From a virus, in the IMG/VR virus record IMGVR_UViG_3300027736_000034, positions 1-64,000 of that record: a DNA stretch of 64,000 nt. One strand, given 5' to 3'. The notes under the pieces are model-generated. The model saw only the letters and a list, made by a program, of their open reading frames with translations. It did no database searches and was not told the origin of the DNA. A program made the position numbers and the translations under genes. This document shows, one piece after another, positions 55,072-64,000 of this stretch (positions within the stretch are counted from its first letter, which is position 1; the number at the start of each line of letters is the position of its first letter).

Positions 55072-57365
55072 TTTTTCAATAAACCAACTATGTCATCACC
55101 TATGCGTCTAACATCATACTCGGACAATGTATTAGTTAATTCATCTATTTCTTCTGTAGAAATATTTACTACTTCAATCTTTACGATTGTGGGTCTGAAT
55201 CCCTCACTCCATACTTGTTTGAATATATCATAATCATATCCTTCACAATCTATTTGTAGTAAGTCTATTTTGTTGATACTGTATTTGTCTTTTAAATCTT
55301 TAAACGTTATACAGTTTACTGGTTCTTTGACCATAAAGTTTTGATATTGATCAATGAGTAATCCATCTTTCAATGTACTGATACCATCTGCCCAATCAGG
55401 AACTTCTTTGCCAATGTATTGTAGTGGGATTCTTTTTATCTCCATTGTTCCGGCTTCATTAGTGATTGCTGAATTTTCAAATTGTAGATTAGTATACCCT
55501 GCAAAGTTTTCTTTTAATCGTTCAAACTGATCACTAACTGGTTCTACTAATAGACCACTCCATTCTTTATGTTCTCTTACATAAGGGGTTGTGCCATCAT
55601 GTTTAACACCGTCCATTGCACCAATGATTAAAAAGTTTGTATCACTGGGTAGTTTGCTTATAGCATGTGATAAGAAGAATTTATCAGATGGGCTGTAATT
55701 CTTTTCAAAATACAATAAATTGTTTGTGAACCAGCCCATATGACTACCTTTTTTCATATCGGCTATTAGTTGTTGTTCTTTTTCTATGTTTCTTATTAAA
55801 CCTGCACTAGTAATCTTTTTAGCCCAATCGCTTTTGTTTTTGCAATTGATGTGACCAATGCCACCTTGACCGATTGCTGCTGCTGTCCATATCAATGTAT
55901 TACCAACTGTTGATACTACTTTGGCAACTACTTCATCTTCCAATGCTTGTTCAATGTGTTCTGCTACTTCCATGCATACAACTACATCGGCGTTTTCATT
56001 TGTGATATCAAATAGACTTTGATAAGTTAAATGTTCTTTTCCGTTAACTCTATCATCTACATCTATGCCTTTAGCATCAATTCCCTGATCTCTAAAGCTA
56101 TCTACAAAGTGTCCAGGTCCGCATCCTATGTCTAATAATGTTGACGGATTTAATTCTTGTTTAACCCATGCTGCTAATCTATTAGCAAACGGCTTTTCTT
56201 CTGCTTGCATATGATTATAGTTTAATCGTTCAGGATGTTTAGGGTATTCTTTTTTCAACCAATCAAGTTCTGCACGATTATGTTTGCGTTCATACCAGCC
56301 TTTACCTGTATGTACATTTAATACCATTTGAAAGTATTCTTCATACATAAGTGCTACTTTATCTAACGTAAAGTTTTCAGCATATGCTCTGCAATTTTTA
56401 GGATCAATTCTATCTATGTTCTGTGCTGCCCAAACAAAATGATCAAATGTTCTACAACGATATCCAGTGACACCATGAATGTTATTCTCTGTAAAACTAC
56501 CCCAATCAGTTGTGATAGTAGGAGTACCGCTGAATAGTAATTCCATTTGTACACCACCAAACGGTTCTACATACATAGAAGCAACAAATGCACCTTTAGC
56601 GTTACTCATTAACTCTTTGCGTTTTGCTACATCAGCATAACCAACAAACTCTACATGAGGTGGGAATTTTAAGTTGTCTGGGTTTTGTCCTGCAATGACT
56701 AGTTTAGCACCAATCGCTTCTGTTGCTTGTATTGCTACTTGAATACCTTTACCATCATATACTCTTCCCAAGAACAAGAAATAATCTTGTTTCTTTTCTT
56801 TGAATTCAAAATCATCTGGATCAAAGTAGTTTGGAATTACAACATCATACCAATCTTGTTTACATGTACCAACAGCAGTAAGGCCATAGTAAGCATGATA
56901 GATAGCGTAAGATTCAAATATCTTCCAACGTGCCCAATGTCCACCTGCATAGCCTATGCCTGGTTCTACTACAATCATATCTGGGTGAGCATCACATATT
57001 GGTCGTACACCTGACCCCCAAAAGGGTAATATGAAGTCATTCTTTTGTTTACGTTTACCAACTTCTCTTATAGCATTCTTGTAAAATGTTTGATAAGCAT
57101 GGTCATCTGTGCTGAATTTGAAAAAGTTTTTACGCCAATCATAATCGCCGTAAGCTATTTTCCAATCTTCATTTGTGATTACTGTAACATGTTCATCGCA
57201 AACTAAATCGCTATCTTCATGTCCATAATGAATGATTGTATGCCCACGGGCTTTCATCATTTTACCAAATTTTACAACTTTTTGTGTGTAAGCACACGCA
57301 TTGTAGGTCTTACTGGATACCGTATGCGGTAAACCTAGTATATGGAATCTAAATTTGTTATTCAT
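55068..57365 (-). CDS. Glycosyltransferase / class I methyltransferase / FkbM-type methyltransferase fusion
   Basis: EPFGGV..E...GTP.IT; [13 protein letters not shown]; [18 protein letters not shown]. Confidence 0.85.
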   Translation of the reverse strand: MNNKFRFHILGLPHTVSSKTYNACAYTQKVVKFGKMMKARGHTIIHYGHEDSDLVCDEHVTVITNEDWKIAYGDYDWRKNFFKFSTDDHAYQTFYKNAIREVGKRKQKNDFILPFWGSGVRPICDAHPDMIVVEPGIGYAGGHWARWKIFESYAIYHAYYGLTAVGTCKQDWYDVVIPNYFDPDDFEFKEKKQDYFLFLGRVYDGKGIQVAIQATEAIGAKLVIAGQNPDNLKFPPHVEFVGYADVAKRKELMSNAKGAFVASMYVEPFGGVQMELLFSGTPTITTDWGSFTENNIHGVTGYRCRTFDHFVWAAQNIDRIDPKNCRAYAENFTLDKVALMYEEYFQMVLNVHTGKGWYERKHNRAELDWLKKEYPKHPERLNYNHMQAEEKPFANRLAAWVKQELNPSTLLDIGCGPGHFVDSFRDQGIDAKGIDVDDRVNGKEHLTYQSLFDITNENADVVVCMEVAEHIEQALEDEVVAKVVSTVGNTLIWTAAAIGQGGIGHINCKNKSDWAKKITSAGLIRNIEKEQQLIADMKKGSHMGWFTNNLLYFEKNYSPSDKFFLSHAISKLPSDTNFLIIGAMDGVKHDGTTPYVREHKEWSGLLVEPVSDQFERLKENFAGYTNLQFENSAITNEAGTMEIKRIPLQYIGKEVPDWADGISTLKDGLLIDQYQNFMVKEPVNCITFKDLKDKYSINKIDLLQIDCEGYDYDIFKQVWSEGFRPTIVKIEVVNISTEEIDELTNTLSEYDVRRIGDDIVGLLKK

Positions 57366-57425
57366 TTAGATATTTAATCTAGGCCTTCTGTTGCCGAAAA
57401 ATAATTATTATTTAATTAATCTCAA

Positions 57426-58073
57426 TTATTGCCAAGCCCCGCCGGCAACTCTATACCACATCTTGTAGTTCACGGTATCTACTGCCACATCAATAATTTG
57501 ACCGTTGGTTTGAAATACCGCATATCCAGAATCTATTTCGGCGCTGTTGGTCCAGACACTGCCATCATCGTATATGCTAACGGCCTGATTGTCAACTCCT
57601 AAATATTTTCCAGAGCCTGTATAGTCAGTGGTGCTACTGCCTACACCAACTCCGTCATCGACTGCTAGGCCCGACCATGCGGTGTGAGTCACGCTGAACA
57701 TACGTTTGGTACCAGGTGCAATTGCATATGAGCCCAAGACAGCATTGTTGGCGTTAGTGAGAGCAATGGCAGTATCATTTGTATTGGTTGTGGTAGTCAC
57801 ACTGACATAAGTTGGATCAAACCCTGTCCAGTCCCAGTTGTTTAAAAAAGTAAATCCTGCAGGTGTACCATAGGTACTGGCTGGGTTGATTATAAACTCG
57901 GCATTATAAGTTCCATCGAATAAGCTAACAGCAGGATATAGATTTTGTGGCAACCCAGCAATTACTGCTAGACTGATACCACCTGTGTTTGTGGCCGGAT
58001 CAGGAGGTCCGCCGCCGGCGCCAAATACTATCCCGCCACCTATATCTATTCCTGGTCCTATTTCCATTGTCAT
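57426..58073 (-). CDS. Putative virion protein (SPRY-like)
   Basis: GQIIDVAVD...KMWYR. Confidence 0.5.
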   Translation of the reverse strand: MTMEIGPGIDIGGGIVFGAGGGPPDPATNTGGISLAVIAGLPQNLYPAVSLFDGTYNAEFIINPASTYGTPAGFTFLNNWDWTGFDPTYVSVTTTTNTNDTAIALTNANNAVLGSYAIAPGTKRMFSVTHTAWSGLAVDDGVGVGSSTTDYTGSGKYLGVDNQAVSIYDDGSVWTNSAEIDSGYAVFQTNGQIIDVAVDTVNYKMWYRVAGGAWQ

Positions 58074-58105
58074 GATTTTTCCTTTATATCTATATATTTA
58101 TCTTA

Positions 58106-58951
58106 TTAAGGATTACTGATTGATTTTATAACCCAGAAATCACCACTCATTGTGTTGTTTTTTATTACTTGAAAGGGCATGTAGAAATAACCGTTGTCAC
58201 CCCAATCTGTTCCCCAACTGTTTCTAGCTATGAATGTATTGTCATTTTTATTATAACCAACTAATAATACAGCATGTCCGCCTAGTAATCTTTCTTTTTT
58301 AGTATCAGGATATGGCATAATACCTGTTTTTGCTACTGTTTTCGTATCAAAACTTGAATACACACTAAATCCAATTGTCACTGGATATCCACTAGTGATA
58401 GCATCTATTACTTGGTTAAAGTCTGCTGCACGTTGATATGATGTAACTTTTCTTTTTGCTGCATCAGTCAATGCTGTTTTTGATGGGGCAGTTCTAAACT
58501 TACTGATATTATATGGCCATAAGTTTTCCGTTGGGGCACCATATGTATAACATGCTTTGATACCATCACGTATATATGCACCACTATCATAATTCACTTT
58601 ACCAATGAACAATCTTTCATAGTAATAGATGAACAAGCGGCTTATATCAAGTGTCCTATTTTGTCTTTTGTGTAGTAACTCTATTGCACCTGCTATTGCG
58701 TTACCCGTACAACTGCCTAGATTACCTTGATTCTCAATTGTTGAACAGTATTGTCTTAAGTCTACAATGTTAGATTGTGTTGTGTTAGTTAATTGATACG
58801 GATGATCTCTACTATCTATTTTATCTCTGACCCAATGATATTTAGGGATACTAAATGATGGTATAACCTTAGTTACTTTCTGAACTATAAGTCTACGATG
58901 TAGTCCTGAATCCTGTTCAATATCAATTATTGTACTTGGGTCTTGTTTCAT
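58106..58951 (-). CDS. Papain-family (C1) cysteine peptidase
   Basis: QGNLGSCT, GGHAV, RNSWG..WGD.GY. Confidence 0.92.
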   Translation of the reverse strand: MKQDPSTIIDIEQDSGLHRRLIVQKVTKVIPSFSIPKYHWVRDKIDSRDHPYQLTNTTQSNIVDLRQYCSTIENQGNLGSCTGNAIAGAIELLHKRQNRTLDISRLFIYYYERLFIGKVNYDSGAYIRDGIKACYTYGAPTENLWPYNISKFRTAPSKTALTDAAKRKVTSYQRAADFNQVIDAITSGYPVTIGFSVYSSFDTKTVAKTGIMPYPDTKKERLLGGHAVLLVGYNKNDNTFIARNSWGTDWGDNGYFYMPFQVIKNNTMSGDFWVIKSISNP

Positions 58952-58952
58952 A

Positions 58953-61900
58953 TTATGCTATCTTAATTCCAAATACTGCCCAGTTGTAACCATCACTCCA
59001 CACATCCCAATATTGTGTAGTAGCCTGTGCTAGAACTACTGTGCTTGTGGTACTACCACTTGGGCCATAGAAAGCGCCAGCCGGAGTGCTTAGAGTAATA
59101 TTATCTGTGGTGTTCTGCCAGAATCTATAACCAATACCTGAATTAGCAGCTAATGTAGGATCAGGTAATGTAATTGTGTATGGGCCAGTTCCCGGCGAAA
59201 ACTCAATAAAGCCACTAGCATCTGCTACTGTCAATGTAGTGGTTGTAGTAAGCACTCTAGCACTCTTGCGAATACCACCAGTTGCCGTCAAGTTGCCACC
59301 AACAGTAACATTACCAGACATATTTAATCCAACGCCTGCAATATTGCCACTAGCACTAATATTATTACCTGCAATATTACCACTACTTGGTTCAACAGTA
59401 GCATAGTTTACATATTTTAGATTACCATCATATGTCATTATACTCATAGCACCGTTAGAGGTGATATCTTGTGCTACAGTCGGAGCCGGTAAACTAGTTA
59501 ACCCACTACCGTTACCTAAAATATATGCTCCAGTAATATTACCAGCAACACTTAATGTATTGCCATATGTAACTTCTTTGCTAGTGGCATTATAGAACAT
59601 AACTTCAGCAATATTTGAAGTATCATTACGAACTGGTGATACTGTGAATGTATTTGCTGTAGTTTGATTTAAGTTTGCGCCAGTTGCATTCAATATGATT
59701 GAGTTGTTACCTTGTGAAGTGCGACCAGCATACTCACCAATGGCCACAGCATTGACACCTTGATCAGTTTGACCAGCATACTCACCAATGGCCACAGCCG
59801 AGTTGCCTTGTGAGGTTTCGCCAGCACCGGCGCCAATGGCCACTGCGAAGTTGCCTTGAGTATTGCCACCAGCATAGTTACCAACGGCCACTGCACCACT
59901 ACCTTGAGTGGTTAGACCAGCACTTTCACCAACAGCCACTGCGTCGCCTCCTTGGTCTGTAGCACCAGCATCGGTGCCAATGGCTGTGGCGTCGATACCT
60001 TGACCTGTTGCTCCAGCACCTTTGCCAACGGCCACTCCCCCGTAGCCTTGATTATTTGAGCCAGCATCGGCTCCAACGGCCACAGAATATGCACCTTGTG
60101 AGGTCAGTCCAGCATTGGCGCCAATGGCTATTTCTGTTGGGCCATTAACATTGTTGATATTACCAATGTTGGCCCAGTCAGTGTTACCACCACCACCATA
60201 TGGACTACCGTTAGCATAGTTAATACTTGAGTAATTATTTGGTAATGTTATGTTACCGTCAACGCCGAATGTCCAATCAGTCGGAGCAGTATTATTATTA
60301 CCGGCATTGGCAGCAGTATTATATTTGGTTATTACAAATGTTGCCCCACCATTACCAGCAGTCATAGTCAATACATCACCTTCGGAATAACCTGTGCCCG
60401 GATCAGTTACACCAACGTTAACAACCTGACCACTTAAACCATAACCGTAACCTACTATCATACCTGTACCTGTGCCTCCGGAAATAGCAGAAGAACTTCC
60501 GCCACCACCGTAACCACTGCCACCAGTTAGTAATGTACAGATATTATATTGACCTGTTACTCGTAGTGTCAAGTCGTTTACATTCGGTGCAATGATAGTA
60601 GCACTGTTAGGTAGTGTTAAGTTACCATTTACACCAAAGGCCCATGTATTAGCATTGGCTGTGATATTAACACTAGTATTACTAGTTTCACTTATTTGAC
60701 TACCTTGAGGCAATGTCAATGCACCACTAGCATTAAAATCCCATAGACTAGGACCACTGTTACCACCATTTTGTCCTACTGCTATTCTAACAATACCTGA
60801 CCCTGGAGTAGGATTAGCATATACTGCCGCTATATTACTAGTGCCTATATTGCCTATATCTTCTACCCAAAGACTTGATGCACCACCGTTATTACCACTT
60901 GATATTGATAGTAATGGTAAATCAGGATTTGATTCTAATAATGCAACATTTGATCCAAACACATTTGTAAGACCATTGATTACTAGATTACCCGGCAATG
61001 TTAGATTACCATCTATGCCAAATTTCCACTCATTATCGGTTGATGTGCTGGCATTCTCATGCTGTACCGTAAATCCGGCGTTGCCGACATATGCCCAAGT
61101 ATAATAATCACCACCAGTGTCGGGATTACCATTTCCTATGTTGCCATTCCAATATAATTGTGCATATTTGCCGCTTCCATCAACATTCAAACTTGCGGTG
61201 TCACCAAAGTCTGAAATAGTGGCATCATTTGGTAATGTTAAGTTACCATCAGTACTGAATTTCCATTGTGCTGTATTACCAGCATCGTCATTGCTATTGA
61301 TAACAATATTACCTGTGTTTGCTAACTTAACATATAAGTTATCGCTACCCAAGAACAACTCTGTTTCATACAAGTTGCCACTAGTCATATGAATGTGGTC
61401 ACCGTCACCCGCTGTAGGATAAACTAACAACTTCTGATTAGTAGTAATTCCTGAACCGGCTGGTTGAAGAGTAATAGTATTACCCGGTGCACCACTTGGT
61501 GTAGAACCTACACTGTAGATAGAACCACCTGATGGTAATGATAAGTTACCAGTTGTATCAAATGTCCATGTTGGAGTAGTATTGCCACTGTCAGTTATTA
61601 TAGTCACATTGCCATGTGCAAATAAATTTGCAATAGAATCACCATTAATACTTAATCCTGTGATATTTCCAGTCGAGTTTGCTACAAGATTTATTTCTGC
61701 ATTAGCAGTAATAGTAGTAGTATCAGGTAATGTTAGATTACCGGTTGTATCAAATTGCCAATCATAAGTAGTACCATCAGCACTTATTGATTCCAATACA
61801 ATACCACCACCTATGCCACCTATCAATCCTGGGCCACTAGTAGTAAATGTTGAACCAACATTAGTAATTGTTGTGTTGTATGAACTACTATCATTAAATG

Positions 61901-63185
61901 CTGTGCCACTACTTAACATACCCATTAGTAATACTACACTTGCAGTAGTTGGGATAGCAGCAATATTAGTACCAGCCGGTTGTGTAACTGTTAATACACT
62001 AGTAGGAACTGTAAAGTTGCCGGTGTATACTGCTATACCACTAGTGATTCTTATATCAGATAACTTGCCAGGGAAATATTGAAAATCACTACCCGGGAAT
62101 CTACCTATAGTAATAGCATTGCTACTTCCATAATTAGCGGGTCCACCGTAGCCACTATCACGAGTTTGTCTTACCCCGTTGTAATATACATATAAATATG
62201 TATCAGCGGAATTGTTATTGACAATCGCTACATGAGTCCATACACCTGGTGTAGGCTCTGTATAAAATACTGCATTATTTTGAGTACATAAAATACCAAG
62301 TAATCCATCAGATACATTTATATCTATATAAGAAAGTACTCCTGTGTCTTGCTCTTGTGTTATTATTCGTTGAAGAAATCCTGTAGAAGGTGCATCAGCA
62401 TTAATCCAAAATTCTATAGTCCATGTTGTACCTAAAATCCATTGGCTGCTTGATGGTAATGTTAGATAATTACTACTACCATTTAATGATAACGCACCTG
62501 AAGTTGTAGTAGATTCAGATACTGCTACTTTAGCATTGTATGGTAATGTTAGATTACCATCACTGCCAAAGTTCCATGTATTGGTATTGACACCAATTTG
62601 TAGATTGCTATTTGCTGAAGCAATATTAGCATAGCTTGTGCCGTTGTAAATCTTGTTAGCAGTACCTGTGCCTGAACCAGTTGCTCCAGTATTACCAGTT
62701 GGACCCGTTGCTCCAGTAGCGCCATCTGCTCCGTTAGCACCACTTGCACCTGTAGCGCCATCTGCTCCGTTAGCACCACTTGCACCTGTAGCGCCATCTG
62801 CTCCGTTAGCACCACTTGCACCTGTAGCGCCATCTGCTCCGTTAGCACCACTTGCACCTGTTGCTCCGTCTGCGCCATTGGCACCACTTGCACCTGTTGC
62901 ACCATCTGCTCCGTTAGCACCACTTGCACCTGTAGCGCCATCTGCTCCATTAGCACCACTTGCACCTGTTGCGCCATCTGCTCCATTAGCACCACTTGCA
63001 CCTGTTGCGCCATCTGCTCCATTAGCACCACTTGCACCTGTTGCGCCATCTGCTCCGTTGGCACCACTTGCACCGGTTGCGCCATCTGCACCTGATGCAC
63101 CTTGTGCCCCAGTTGCACCCTCTGCGCCAACAATAGCAACTTGCCATGATGATGTTCCTGTGTCCCAATATTTTAATACTGACAT
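58953..63185 (-). CDS. Tail fibre: collagen repeats, LamG domain, YadA-head-like repeats
   Basis: ([12 protein letters not shown])n; WTIEFW..WTHVA..LSDIRI; AVAIG..AG..QG repeats. Confidence 0.85.
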   Translation of the reverse strand: MSVLKYWDTGTSSWQVAIVGAEGATGAQGASGADGATGASGANGADGATGASGANGADGATGASGANGADGATGASGANGADGATGASGANGADGATGASGANGADGATGASGANGADGATGASGANGADGATGASGANGADGATGASGANGADGATGATGPTGNTGATGSGTGTANKIYNGTSYANIASANSNLQIGVNTNTWNFGSDGNLTLPYNAKVAVSESTTTSGALSLNGSSNYLTLPSSSQWILGTTWTIEFWINADAPSTGFLQRIITQEQDTGVLSYIDINVSDGLLGILCTQNNAVFYTEPTPGVWTHVAIVNNNSADTYLYVYYNGVRQTRDSGYGGPANYGSSNAITIGRFPGSDFQYFPGKLSDIRITSGIAVYTGNFTVPTSVLTVTQPAGTNIAAIPTTASVVLLMGMLSSGTAFNDSSSYNTTITNVGSTFTTSGPGLIGGIGGGIVLESISADGTTYDWQFDTTGNLTLPDTTTITANAEINLVANSTGNITGLSINGDSIANLFAHGNVTIITDSGNTTPTWTFDTTGNLSLPSGGSIYSVGSTPSGAPGNTITLQPAGSGITTNQKLLVYPTAGDGDHIHMTSGNLYETELFLGSDNLYVKLANTGNIVINSNDDAGNTAQWKFSTDGNLTLPNDATISDFGDTASLNVDGSGKYAQLYWNGNIGNGNPDTGGDYYTWAYVGNAGFTVQHENASTSTDNEWKFGIDGNLTLPGNLVINGLTNVFGSNVALLESNPDLPLLSISSGNNGGASSLWVEDIGNIGTSNIAAVYANPTPGSGIVRIAVGQNGGNSGPSLWDFNASGALTLPQGSQISETSNTSVNITANANTWAFGVNGNLTLPNSATIIAPNVNDLTLRVTGQYNICTLLTGGSGYGGGGSSSAISGGTGTGMIVGYGYGLSGQVVNVGVTDPGTGYSEGDVLTMTAGNGGATFVITKYNTAANAGNNNTAPTDWTFGVDGNITLPNNYSSINYANGSPYGGGGNTDWANIGNINNVNGPTEIAIGANAGLTSQGAYSVAVGADAGSNNQGYGGVAVGKGAGATGQGIDATAIGTDAGATDQGGDAVAVGESAGLTTQGSGAVAVGNYAGGNTQGNFAVAIGAGAGETSQGNSAVAIGEYAGQTDQGVNAVAIGEYAGRTSQGNNSIILNATGANLNQTTANTFTVSPVRNDTSNIAEVMFYNATSKEVTYGNTLSVAGNITGAYILGNGSGLTSLPAPTVAQDITSNGAMSIMTYDGNLKYVNYATVEPSSGNIAGNNISASGNIAGVGLNMSGNVTVGGNLTATGGIRKSARVLTTTTTLTVADASGFIEFSPGTGPYTITLPDPTLAANSGIGYRFWQNTTDNITLSTPAGAFYGPSGSTTSTVVLAQATTQYWDVWSDGYNWAVFGIKIA
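62715..63120 (-). repeat. 36-bp tandem coding repeat ([12 protein letters not shown])
   Basis: Directly visible, ~10-11 units. Confidence 0.9.
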
Positions 63186-63209
63186 TCTATAATCCTATCT
63201 ATTTAACTG

Positions 63210-64000
63210 TTAAAGAGTAATGTAACCCCAATTTACTACTTGTGATGTTCCGCTATTGTTAGTAATGCCAAATGTAAACACATTAGCAGTTGTAGTACTA
63301 ACCACAGCATTACTAATATTGTTCACAGTTCCAACAATCTGCGTGGGTATCGCTGTAAGTACTAATGCATTACCTGCTGCATAATACCAACCATAACTAC
63401 TACCTACTACCGGAACATTGGTATTTGTAACAACCACTGTAGCAGTATATGTAACAATACCATTTGGTATATTTCCTCTAACCCATAATGAGTAAGTACC
63501 GTTTATAGGAACTGTAAGATTTACTGTGTTAGTACCTGCTGATAATGTCCAACTACCAGTTGTTGACCCTGCACCTACACCAGTAGCACCGGTGATGCCT
63601 GTAGCGCCAGTTGCACCTAGCCCAGTCGCACCTGTTGATCCATTGTATCCAGTCGCACCCGTTGATCCATCATATCCAGTCGCACCTGTTGCACCAGTAC
63701 TTCCTATTGCACCTGTTGTACCGGTCGCTCCAGTGGCACCTGTGCTACCTATACCTTGTATTCCGGGTATACTAGTATCAAGCCACAATATGTTAGTGTC
63801 AACCGGTGCAGTAGATTGAGCAACTATACCTTGATCACCGGTAGCACCTGATGCTCCATTAGCACCACTTGCGCCAGTTGCTCCGTCTGCTCCATTAGCA
63901 CCACTTGCGCCAGTTGCGCCGGCGCCAGTGGCACCTGTATCACCAGTAGCACCTATATCGCCGGTGGCACCTGTTAGTCCAGTCGCACCATCTGTACCGG
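63210..64000 (-). CDS. Collagen-repeat tail fibre-like protein (5' partial)
   Basis: Frame of ORF 63210..63788 stays open through G-X-Y repeats toward the window end. Confidence 0.75.
   Translation of the reverse strand, partial: GTDGATGLTGATGDIGATGDTGATGAGATGASGANGADGATGASGANGASGATGDQGIVAQSTAPVDTNILWLDTSIPGIQGIGSTGATGATGTTGAIGSTGATGATGYDGSTGATGYNGSTGATGLGATGATGITGATGVGAGSTTGSWTLSAGTNTVNLTVPINGTYSLWVRGNIPNGIVTYTATVVVTNTNVPVVGSSYGWYYAAGNALVLTAIPTQIVGTVNNISNAVVSTTTANVFTFGITNNSGTSQVVNWGYITL

Noticed and set aside
1-64000. Stop-codon reassignment
   Set aside because: Recognisable genes are full length in the standard code and end at TAA, TGA (nrdA) or TAG (HNH 24709..25269).

Overview
This 64-kb AT-rich window is part of a large lytic dsDNA tailed phage genome (T4-like/jumbo myovirus type). 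The host is probably an aquatic proteobacterium, which is an inference. Order along the window: collagen-repeat and glycine-rich tail-fibre genes; nrdA, nrdB, glutaredoxin; PAAR and two large structural ORFs; SleB-type hydrolase; iscU, rubrerythrin, rubredoxin. Next is a ~14.4-kb array of 36 tRNA genes covering all 20 amino acids, interleaved with 2OG-Fe(II) oxygenases, HNH nucleases, a minimal RNase P RNA and many unassigned structured RNAs. This is followed by a modification-enzyme/subtilase cluster, rpoZ, a Ro60/TROVE-like (DUF2828-type) vWA protein, an early region of small ORFs behind near-identical sigma70 promoters, and minus-strand glycosyltransferases, a C1 peptidase and tail fibres. 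The most notable signal is a family of five small RNAs sharing one closing module (AGGRT..-CAGCAA...-AYCCTG) with different internal cargo. One copy carries a circularly permuted tRNA mimic (YrlA-type Y RNA architecture) and one carries an exact tRNA-Lys(UUU) anticodon stem-loop. Two copies lie directly upstream of the Ro60-like gene. A codon-diverse leader peptide with attenuator geometry precedes the tRNA array. All calls come from motif reading by eye; no searches or folding were run.
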